Made by a program: the position numbers and the translations under genes. From Candidatus Thorarchaeota archaeon (GTDB lineage: Archaea; Asgardarchaeota; Thorarchaeia; Thorarchaeales; Thorarchaeaceae), in the NCBI GenBank assembly GCA_048884785.1, contig JBHLQM010000046.1:1-18831 (forward strand): a DNA stretch of 18,831 nt, in the 5' to 3' direction. Below are positions 9,957 to 17,214 of the stretch, piece by piece; position 1 is the stretch's first letter, and the number at the start of each line of letters is the position of its first letter. A model generated the notes under the pieces. That model worked only from the letters and a program-made list of their open reading frames with translations. It searched no databases and had not been told where the DNA came from.

Positions 9957-10439
9957 TTATAGACTCTGTTTGAACGCTTTCGCACAATGAACACAGCAAA
10001 AAGCAAGATTTGATCCATTTACTTCTTCATGGTGCGCGCCTTCGAAGATCCTAGCTCCACAACTTGCACATACCTCAAGACTGGACCCGAGGGCAGATAC
10101 AGTAATCGCAGCAAAACGTTTGAATAACTGGCCGCTAAATTGCTCTCCCTTCTTCGTCAATGAATACACAATCTTACGTTTCTTCCCTACGTCTTCATGC
10201 TTCTGGGTGACTATCTTCTTTTCTTCGAGTTCCTGCAAAAATGGATAGAGTGTTCCTGGACTTAATTTCCTCCCGGTTCGTTTTTCATATCTTTTCATAA
10301 GACCATAACCATGCAATGGCTTTTCGTTCAACATCAACAGGATATAGAAATGCGAGAAATCAGCCAGTATCTCATGAATCTCAGGATTGGGTATTTTCAA
10401 GTCTTGATTTGCTTTTTCATTTGTCATCTTTTGTGTCAT
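9957..10439 (-). CDS. PadR-family transcriptional regulator fused to a C-terminal TRASH-type metal-binding domain
   Basis: PadR wHTH ([17 protein letters not shown]…SPGTLYP.L.ELE…[11 protein letters not shown]) plus CASCG…LAFCCVHC. The likely start is ATG 10439 or 10427. Confidence 0.9.
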   Translation of the reverse strand: MTQKMTNEKANQDLKIPNPEIHEILADFSHFYILLMLNEKPLHGYGLMKRYEKRTGRKLSPGTLYPFLQELEEKKIVTQKHEDVGKKRKIVYSLTKKGEQFSGQLFKRFAAITVSALGSSLEVCASCGARIFEGAHHEEVNGSNLAFCCVHCAKAFKQSL

Positions 10440-10612
10440 CCCATTGAAGCTCGAATGTGTTGAGTCACACGGATAAGGAATGAAGGCGTTCCCGCGTGTT
10501 ACATTTAGCCCATTCTGCAAAGCAGTTTCCTATAATAGTTGCCTATTTGACTAGGCTATTCCCGATTGTCCTTAGAAATGAACCACATTCTAAGATATCT
10601 AGACGAGTAGCA

Positions 10613-10649
10613 ATATAAATGTATCTTAAGGGATATATCCATAGGGATA
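10613..10649 (-). promoter_or_regulatory. Operator 2 (perfect TATC-N6-GATATATC-N6-GATA, 10622-10649) abutting the padR TATA box, consistent with autoregulation
   Basis: TTTATAT on the - strand at 10619-10613, 2 nt from the operator. Confidence 0.85.
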
Positions 10650-10682
10650 ATTAATATGAAACTACCCGGAATCCCACAGGAA

Positions 10683-10709
10683 ATGATTCAGCCATAAATT
10701 CTGAATCAT
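10683..10709 (-). terminator. Hairpin ATGATTCAG-N9-CTGAATCAT downstream of copZ
   Basis: Perfect 9-bp inverted repeat ~65 nt after the copZ stop. Confidence 0.4.
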
Positions 10710-10772
10710 CCAGTCAGAATTTTAAGAGCACTCAACAATGGTAAAGGGTACTTGTCAATTACTTTTCCTCTT

Positions 10773-11009
10773 CTATGCTACAACGATATATCCAAGGGAT
10801 TCTATGACATCTACAAGAAGCTCTCTATCGATTATATCGTCTTCGATTTCAACAACAGCCTCGGCTTTCTGAAGACTTACTTCAGCGCCTTTTACTCCGT
10901 CCTCACAAAGAAGGACATTTTTAATTCTGTCTGCACATGCGGGGCAATCCATGCCATTGATCTTGAAAAATATGTGTTTAGTTTCTTTCTCAATTACGTG
11001 ATCACTCAT
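10773..11009 (-). CDS. copZ: HMA-domain copper chaperone (CopZ/Atx1-like), 78 aa
   Basis: FKINGMDCPAC…GV..AEVSL…IESLGY. ATG 11009 is chosen because the upstream extension is the operator. Confidence 0.9.
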   Translation of the reverse strand: MSDHVIEKETKHIFFKINGMDCPACADRIKNVLLCEDGVKGAEVSLQKAEAVVEIEDDIIDRELLVDVIESLGYIVVA

Positions 11010-11020
11010 TTTGTATAAAC

Positions 11021-11048
11021 TATCAAATAGGATATATCGTTTTAGATA
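11021..11048 (-). promoter_or_regulatory. Operator 3 (perfect consensus) immediately upstream of copZ
   Basis: TATC-AAATAG-GATATATC-GTTTTA-GATA. Confidence 0.85.
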
Positions 11049-11239
11049 TATTTTTTTGGTTGACGACGCGGATAATAGCACGATAAGAAATCGTTCTGAA
11101 GATATCCTCAAGGTGTTAGCCTTTCAACTCTGAGTAAGATATGAGATTGCTCAAATATGAGATAACAAACTGAGTTTCCTGTCAGTGTTAGAAATGGATC
11201 TCAAATAAGAAAAGGAAATATAAAGCAGAAGACAGAACG

Positions 11240-11304
11240 TTTATATATATCTAGTGGGATATATCTGAATGGATAATATTGTTTTCGATATATCTGAATG
11301 GAAA
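11240..11304 (+). promoter_or_regulatory. TATA box (TTTATATA 11240-11247) followed by tandem operators 4 and 5 for the YHS-lonC-nif3 operon
   Basis: TATC-TAGTGG-GATATATC-TGAATG-GATA (11248-11275) and TATT-GTTTTC-GATATATC-TGAATG-GAAA (11277-11304). They contain the 16-bp direct repeat GATATATCTGAATGGA. Confidence 0.85.
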
Positions 11305-11327
11305 TACAAAAGGCAGAGGCAAAGGAA

Positions 11328-11483
11328 ATGGCTAGAGATCCAATATGTGGAATGATAGTGGATGAGAACACAACCAGGCTAAAGACGGTTCATAAAGGTG
11401 AAACTTTCTACTTTTGTATGAGGAGCTGCAAGAAAGCCTTTGACAGTGATCCAGATCGCTTTGCCATCGAATCTACAAATTAA
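11328..11483 (+). CDS. Stand-alone YHS/TRASH metal-binding protein (YHS-1, 51 aa)
   Basis: MARDPICGM.V…GETFYFCMRSCKKAFDSDPDRF. The start is placed at ATG 11328 because ATG 11298 lies inside the operator. Confidence 0.9.
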   Translation: MARDPICGMIVDENTTRLKTVHKGETFYFCMRSCKKAFDSDPDRFAIESTN

Positions 11484-11504
11484 TGATAGAACAGGAGAAC
11501 ATCG

Positions 11505-13961
11505 ATGAAGAAGCTGACATCAGAGGAAATTCGGGTTCGTTGTGATGATAGAGAGTTTGCATGCAGAACTAGTGCGGAGCTTTTTCCCCTAGATAATATC
11601 GTTGGACAGAAACGTGCTCTTGAATCATTGAGAATCGGACTAATGATAAAGGATAAGGGATTCAATGTCTTTGTTGCCGGTATTCCAGGAACTGGTCGCA
11701 CAACTGCAGTTTCAAAATTCCTTCAAAATCTTGCAACAAAAGAATCTAATGCATCAGATTGGTGCTACGTATCCAATTTCGAGGATCAATATTACCCAAG
11801 GGCACTTGAGCTTCCATCAAGCAGAGGGTGGCAATTGGAGCAGCAAATGGAGAGCTTCATTGAACTTGCTCAATTGACGCTTTCTGAGATGCTGGAAAGT
11901 GAGGAATATATTACACAAAGAGAGGAGCTTCTGAGGGTCTTCAAAGACAAACAGCAGGAAATAAGCAATCAAATGGAAGATGAAGCACGAAAAAGCGGGT
12001 TCGTATTGCAGGGTTCTAAGACTCGACTACTCTTACTACCACTAATCAATGGTGAGCCTCTCAATCCTGAAGCAAACACTCATCTGCCCAAGGAAATCCA
12101 AGACAAAATCGCAGAAAATCGCAAAGTCGTGGAAAAACAAATACGAGTGCTTTTCCGCAAGTTACGTCTTATTGAACATGAACTTCGTGAGGCTCTTCAG
12201 AATAAGGAGCGAGAAGCCGTGCTTTACGCCCTCTCTCCACTTATTGATGACCTTAAGGAGAAGTTCAGGGATTTGCCAAGGGTTACACAATGGATTGAGG
12301 AAGTAGCTGAGGATATCACCGAACATCTTCAGGAATTTATCGGACTCTCAGAAGTTGGTTCATCAGATGAGCTGAATTCATCGCAAGCGGGATCAATCCC
12401 ACGGGAAGATTTCACTGACAGATATAAAGTAAATATGTTTGTTGATAACTTGGGAGAAGATGGCGCGCCAGTTGTAATCCTTGCAAATCCTTCTTATAGC
12501 AATCTATTTGGCGTTATTGAGAAAGAACCACGATATGGCGGACTTAGAACAGACTTTTCTATGATCCGCCCAGGAGCCCTTCATAAGGCAAATGGTGGAT
12601 ATCTAGTGGTTCCTGCAATGGAACTTCTAACATCTCCACATGTATATCAATCTTTGAAGAGAGCACTTGAACATAGTGAGATAGTCATCGAGGCCCCTCA
12701 GGAATCAAGCAACTTCCTTGCTGTGAAGAGTTTACGTCCTGAACCAATCCCATTGGACGTAAAAGTAATTCTAATTGGTGAGGAAGAGATTTACCGAGAG
12801 CTTTACAATAAGGACCCCGAGTTTCGTCAACTTTTCAAGATAAAGGCGGAATTTGATATTTCGATGGATCGCACGCTTGAAAACATCCAGGTATTTGGCT
12901 CGTTCATTTGTATGATTCATACAAAGGAAGGTCTGAGACCTTTGAAGGCAGAAGCCATAGCAGAAGTAATCGATCATAGCTCTCGTCTAGCAGAAAGCCA
13001 AAACAAGCTCTCTATAAGATTCGACATAATAACTGACATCATTCGCGAAGCAAACTTCTATGCCAGCGAAGAAAAAAGCGTTACGATAGAAAGATATCAT
13101 ATCAAAAAGGCCATCAGTCAAAGATTATACCGATTGAATCTTTACTCCGAGAAGGTTCGTGAGCTTATTAAGAAGAATATCATTTTTATGGATCTTGATG
13201 GAGAGGCTGTAGGACAGGTAAATGGACTTTCGGTGGTCACTCTCGCAGGTCATGCTTTTGGACAAGCATCTCGAGTTTCAGCTAGTGTATCGCCAGGACA
13301 CCAGGTTGTGATAGATATTGAACGTGAATCAAATCTTGGTGGTCCGATTCATACAAAAGGAGTACTCATACTTGGGGGATATCTTGCTAATCGATATGGA
13401 AGAGAAAAACCACTTAGCCTTTCTGCGCGGGTTGTTTTTGAGCAGAGTTATGGAGGCGTTGAGGGAGATAGTGCAAGTAGCACGGAACTGTTTGCGATTT
13501 TATCTGCTCTTTCAGGCGTACCTATCCAACAGAGATTTGCTGTAACTGGCTCCGTCGATCAACATGGAAGAATACAGGCTGTGGGAGGAATTAATGAAAA
13601 GATTGAAGGATTTTACGAACTTTGCAAAGCAAAAGGTTTGACAGGGCAGCAGGGAGTCTTGATACCAAAAGCCAATATTCAGAATTTAATGTTATCAGAT
13701 GAAGTAGTTGAAGCTGTCAGAGCAGATTCATTTCACATTTATGCAATAGATAGTGTGGATGAAGGCATTGAATTCTTAACTGGTGTACCAGCAGGTACAA
13801 GTCAAGAGAATGGCAGCTATTTGCCAGGATCAATTAATGCATTGGTGGATGAGACTCTGGTTCGAATGGCTAGAATCATGGAAAAGCATTATTCTACTGA
13901 AAATTACAACAAACAAGAAATCTCTGCTACACCACAACAAGTGACTTTCTCTGGAGCCTGA
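11505..13961 (+). CDS. lonC: Lon-like S16 protease of the LonC / AAA_32 type
   Basis: GQKRA, atypical Walker A GIPGTGRT, DWCYV.NF, a long coiled-coil insert, I.PGALHKANGGYL, GQVNGLSV, catalytic FEQSYGGVEGDSAS and GGINEKIEGF. Confidence 0.92.
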   Translation: MKKLTSEEIRVRCDDREFACRTSAELFPLDNIVGQKRALESLRIGLMIKDKGFNVFVAGIPGTGRTTAVSKFLQNLATKESNASDWCYVSNFEDQYYPRALELPSSRGWQLEQQMESFIELAQLTLSEMLESEEYITQREELLRVFKDKQQEISNQMEDEARKSGFVLQGSKTRLLLLPLINGEPLNPEANTHLPKEIQDKIAENRKVVEKQIRVLFRKLRLIEHELREALQNKEREAVLYALSPLIDDLKEKFRDLPRVTQWIEEVAEDITEHLQEFIGLSEVGSSDELNSSQAGSIPREDFTDRYKVNMFVDNLGEDGAPVVILANPSYSNLFGVIEKEPRYGGLRTDFSMIRPGALHKANGGYLVVPAMELLTSPHVYQSLKRALEHSEIVIEAPQESSNFLAVKSLRPEPIPLDVKVILIGEEEIYRELYNKDPEFRQLFKIKAEFDISMDRTLENIQVFGSFICMIHTKEGLRPLKAEAIAEVIDHSSRLAESQNKLSIRFDIITDIIREANFYASEEKSVTIERYHIKKAISQRLYRLNLYSEKVRELIKKNIIFMDLDGEAVGQVNGLSVVTLAGHAFGQASRVSASVSPGHQVVIDIERESNLGGPIHTKGVLILGGYLANRYGREKPLSLSARVVFEQSYGGVEGDSASSTELFAILSALSGVPIQQRFAVTGSVDQHGRIQAVGGINEKIEGFYELCKAKGLTGQQGVLIPKANIQNLMLSDEVVEAVRADSFHIYAIDSVDEGIEFLTGVPAGTSQENGSYLPGSINALVDETLVRMARIMEKHYSTENYNKQEISATPQQVTFSGA

Positions 13962-14860
13962 TGAATATGACTAAGCAAAATATCATCAGCAAGGATCTGG
14001 AGGGATTAAACAAATCTATTTCCTTTAGAACAATGATAGCCCCATTAGAATCTCAGAGTATAAAGTCAGAAGTAGTACAATCTGAGCACATGATAGATTC
14101 CGACATGATCATCGAGTTTCTAGAAAATCGTACATACTTGCCTGAGTTTGATTATATCGGTTATGAAGTAAAAACTGTTGATCGTGTTAACGCAATATAC
14201 TTGATGATAAATCCAGATCCATTGAATCTCAATTATGTACCAAAAAACAGTCTAGTTATTTGTCATCACAAAATTTCGACACACAATAATCGTTTCTACG
14301 AAAAAATGCTTGACCACGCAAGAGATACAAACTTCAACATTTACAATTTCCATCTTGGGTGGGATATTATGGAGGGTGGAATCATAGATTCATTTCTATT
14401 TGACTTCGGATTATCTCATAACGATTTTGAAAGAGTTGATCTTACATATCGAGATTATCTAATTCCTCAACTAGGAACTATATTCAAAAAAAGAATACCA
14501 ATGAGGGACATAATCAATGGACTTCACATGATGAATGTCCGGCCATCAATTATCATTAACCCACAATGCAAGGTATCCAAGATTGGATATATACCTGGTG
14601 GGGGTTTTGTTGATGATATGGTCATAGGGATGGCGGATTTAGGTGTCGATGTCCTCATTTCATCAGACCATAATTGGGTTGTTGAAACTATTGCTAGAGA
14701 GGCGGGTATGACCCTAATTGAAATTGACCATTATCGCAGTGAACGTCATGGTTTACGAACAATGAAGAAACTTCTTGAGAACTCATTTTCAAAGAGTTCC
14801 ATCAATATCCTAGAGAATGTTGATGGAATGCAACAAGCCCCTTGCGATTGTAATTCTTGA
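13961..14860 (+). CDS. NIF3/YbgI-like dinuclear metal-centre protein (divergent, short form)
   Basis: LVICHH, IYNFHLGWD, KIGYIPGGG, DVLISSD and IEIDHYRSE metal-ligand motifs. TGATG overlap with the lon stop. Confidence 0.85.
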   Translation: MNMTKQNIISKDLEGLNKSISFRTMIAPLESQSIKSEVVQSEHMIDSDMIIEFLENRTYLPEFDYIGYEVKTVDRVNAIYLMINPDPLNLNYVPKNSLVICHHKISTHNNRFYEKMLDHARDTNFNIYNFHLGWDIMEGGIIDSFLFDFGLSHNDFERVDLTYRDYLIPQLGTIFKKRIPMRDIINGLHMMNVRPSIIINPQCKVSKIGYIPGGGFVDDMVIGMADLGVDVLISSDHNWVVETIAREAGMTLIEIDHYRSERHGLRTMKKLLENSFSKSSINILENVDGMQQAPCDCNS

Positions 14861-14972
14861 GGAATGATCATTCAAGAAGAACTATTGTTCGTATGAATTT
14901 TATGTTACATAGCAAAGTCTTGTTGCATGCTGGCTCGAGCGCCCCACTTCTATGACCGTATCTTCAATTCAC

Positions 14973-15878
14973 TTATTTTTGATCCATCTTTGATTGAACT
15001 CTCTTGGCCCGAACAATCTTTACATTAACAACAATGTGGCTAGGGTTGGAACGTTCTTGAATCTTGGTTTTAATGTAATAGAGTGAAATCAAAGAGAGAT
15101 ATCCAACATATGCGATGACCTCAAGGGCTGAAGGATTCCCATTGTAACCGAATAGAGCTTTTGCGAGTCCACCAATAAGACCCTTCTCATGTAGAAGTGG
15201 ATAGCTGCCATCTGGTAATAACGGAGGATTGATGTTCCAAAGTTCAATTGGACCTAATGCTAAGAGACCTACTTCTTGAAGCTCATGAATACCATAGGCG
15301 AGCATTCCAGCGGCAAATAGTACCAAGAGGAAAGAAGTTGAGTTGAAGAATGATTTCAGACTGATTCGCAATGAGCCTAGATAGATTCCAAATCCGACAA
15401 AGACTGCGAAAATCAACCCCAAAGCCGTTGCGATGAAAGTCGTATATCCTTCTTGAATTGCTAGTGCAGCTGTGAACAAGACTAACTCAACACCCTCCCG
15501 CAAAACAAGGGCAAAAGCAAGAATAGGTAGGCCGAGATTTCCTCCCACAGCCCTCTCCTCAACCGATTGTTTGATCCCTGTGGATAGGTTTGTACTCGCC
15601 TTTCTCATCCAGAATATCATAGAAGTCAAGAGAATTGCTGCAAATAACACAACTGACCCCTCAAAGACCTCCAGCATTGGTCCTTCAAATGACCCCCAAA
15701 TCACCGCCAGTACAAAAGCTAATCCGACACTTGTGACTATTGCAAGTAAAGTGCCGCTGATGATGCTGCGATTCATATTCTCTCTGCCAGTCTTGCGAAG
15801 ATAAGAGAACATTATTGCAATGACAAGGGCAGCTTCAATACCCTCACGCAGTGCAACAATGAATGGTGCAATGACCAT
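14973..15878 (-). CDS. FTR1/EfeU-family iron (or lead) permease
   Basis: Two REGxE motifs (LREGIEA, LREGVEL), ~7 TM helices and GIHELQE…LFGY. Confidence 0.93.
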   Translation of the reverse strand: MVIAPFIVALREGIEAALVIAIMFSYLRKTGRENMNRSIISGTLLAIVTSVGLAFVLAVIWGSFEGPMLEVFEGSVVLFAAILLTSMIFWMRKASTNLSTGIKQSVEERAVGGNLGLPILAFALVLREGVELVLFTAALAIQEGYTTFIATALGLIFAVFVGFGIYLGSLRISLKSFFNSTSFLLVLFAAGMLAYGIHELQEVGLLALGPIELWNINPPLLPDGSYPLLHEKGLIGGLAKALFGYNGNPSALEVIAYVGYLSLISLYYIKTKIQERSNPSHIVVNVKIVRAKRVQSKMDQK

Positions 15879-16036
15879 TATAGAATCCTCCCATCAATGA
15901 TTAATTCTTCTCCTCTGGCAGAGATTCTATTCGGAGAGTGCCACATTACACACTGTCTTTGGTGCTTCTCTGGTCTACGGACAAACGATCTGGAAGGCTC
16001 ATTGATCTCCTTCTTCAGATCCACAACTCTGCCCAT
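15878..16036 (-). CDS. Small 52-aa ORF coupled between the ubiquitin-like gene and FTR1 (unknown function or remnant)
   Basis: The GGAGGAGGT Gly codons of the upstream gene sit at SD distance from ATG 16036. Its TAA overlaps the FTR1 ATG (TAATG). Confidence 0.5.
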   Translation of the reverse strand: MGRVVDLKKEINEPSRSFVRRPEKHQRQCVMWHSPNRISARGEELIIDGRIL

Positions 16037-16040
16037 GAGT

Positions 16041-16361
16041 TCAACCTCCTCCTGTAGCAATCATAAACACAATTGTGTCACCTTCATTGAGTATTCTATT
16101 CATTGTTTCTTTTGAATCGAGGCCCATTTTTAGTTTCCAACCTGTTATGATTATTTTACCATTAACTATGATGATTGTTTCATTACTGAGGGTTTGGTTT
16201 TTCTTCTCATCTAGATACACGTCCAATGAATCACCAAACACACTCATCAAGTGACCAATCAGATCAGTGAGCGAAGTTCCTTCTTGAATATGAAATGGAA
16301 ATTTGTTGTAGTTTGATTCTTTAAGACCCCTATTCAACAGCTTGATGAAAACTTGAATCAT
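16041..16361 (-). CDS. Ubiquitin-like MoaD/ThiS/SAMP-family protein (106 aa, C-terminal GGG)
   Basis: Beta-grasp pattern MIQVFIKL…EGTSLTDLI..L…IIIVNG…LNEGDTIVFMIATGGG*. GGAGG SD before ATG 16361. Confidence 0.88.
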   Translation of the reverse strand: MIQVFIKLLNRGLKESNYNKFPFHIQEGTSLTDLIGHLMSVFGDSLDVYLDEKKNQTLSNETIIIVNGKIIITGWKLKMGLDSKETMNRILNEGDTIVFMIATGGG

Positions 16362-16464
16362 TGAGTTTTCCTCCTTTGATGGTTTTTGTCTAGAATACAA
16401 CTCTGGCATGTAGAAAATACTCGAGTGTGTCATTCCGCAGAATTCCTTCTTTGATATGCATCTC

Positions 16465-16647
16465 TTAACCACAGCAGCCTCGTCGGGGCATTGATACTGC
16501 TTTACGCTGTGAATAGAAATACGGGGAATCATCAAACCTTGTTTTGCATGACTGCTTGCAGAAATAGTATCTCTTTCCCATATAGTCAGAATAAAACTCT
16601 GTTAGGTTTTCGTCAACCTCTAATCCACAAACTGGATCTTTTCCCAT
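16465..16647 (-). CDS. Stand-alone YHS/TRASH protein with C-terminal GCCG tail (YHS-2, 60 aa)
   Basis: MGKDPVCGLEV…GKRYYFCKQSCKTRFDDSP…RRGCCG*. AGGTGA SD at 16655-16660. Confidence 0.9.
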   Translation of the reverse strand: MGKDPVCGLEVDENLTEFYSDYMGKRYYFCKQSCKTRFDDSPYFYSQRKAVSMPRRGCCG

Positions 16648-16761
16648 TGTTATATCACCTTCAGTTCCAGTTCTACTCTTGTGCCTTCAATACTCAAAAT
16701 CTTGGTGAACGAGTATTGCCATCCAATAGGCCAATTGTTCACCAAATCTCTTGATTATATA

Positions 16762-16846
16762 TTACCACAAGGATATATCGGAACTGTATTATTATGACAC
16801 ACTTCACTATATAAATATATCGTACAGGATATATCCTTTGTGGATA
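16762..16846 (-). promoter_or_regulatory. Operators 6 and 7 flanking the TATA box (TTTATATA, - strand 16815-16808) of the YHS-2/Ubl/FTR1 operon
   Basis: GATATATC cores at 16772-16779 and 16828-16835, 56 bp apart, with degenerate outer half-sites. Confidence 0.8.
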
Positions 16847-16866
16847 TATAATGGTGTTTGTCATTC

Positions 16867-16904
16867 AAAAGAAAAAAAGAGTGGAGAAGTGGGAATCTTC
16901 TCCA
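16867..16904 (-). terminator. Hairpin plus U-tract terminator after YHS-3
   Basis: TGGAGAAG-N7-CTTCTCCA (16882-16904), followed on the - strand by TCTTTTTTTCTTTT. Confidence 0.65.
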
Positions 16905-16945
16905 GCCTATTTAAGAATTGTACAAGATTCCTTAGGCTAAGTTTT

Positions 16946-17098
16946 CTATTCTTTCATTCCCACTTCTAGGTTGAATTTCTCTGGATTGCTGTCAAACATC
17001 TTCTTATGTTCTGGATTCATAAAGTAGTATGCTTTTCCCTTGTAAACGGATTTGATATGGGATTTGCCCATCATTCCACAAACAGGACATTTTGCCAT
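16946..17098 (-). CDS. Third stand-alone YHS-like protein (YHS-3, 50 aa), not in the ORF track
   Basis: Hand translation: MAKCPVCGMMGKSHIKSVYKGKAYYFMNPEHKKMFDSNPEKFNLEVGMKE*. It has an AGGTGA SD and its own operator pair upstream. Confidence 0.88.
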   Translation of the reverse strand: MAKCPVCGMMGKSHIKSVYKGKAYYFMNPEHKKMFDSNPEKFNLEVGMKE

Positions 17099-17214
17099 TT
17101 TTTTCACCTATTTTCCCGATCGCATATTCCTATTGGATCGTTCATTCGACTCTCCAGAAACACTCCGAATAAATGGAGTAACGGAGGCTCCAACGAAACA
17201 TTCAATCATATTTA

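Noticed and set aside
9850-9999. Extended N-termini in the ORF track for copA (9999), copZ (11111), YHS-1 (11298) and the Ubl (16535)
   Set aside because: They run over operators, promoters or adjacent genes. Downstream ATGs match the domain starts and mostly have SD sequences.
10477-10520. GGAATGAAGGCGTTCCC resembling the 5' part of a fluoride riboswitch
   Set aside because: The AAACxGC…GCUGAUG segment and a proper pseudoknot partner are absent, and the orientation is opposite to the neighbouring genes.
11258-11302. 16-bp direct repeat GATATATCTGAATGGA as a CRISPR remnant
   Set aside because: There are only two copies with a 13-nt gap, which tandem operators explain.
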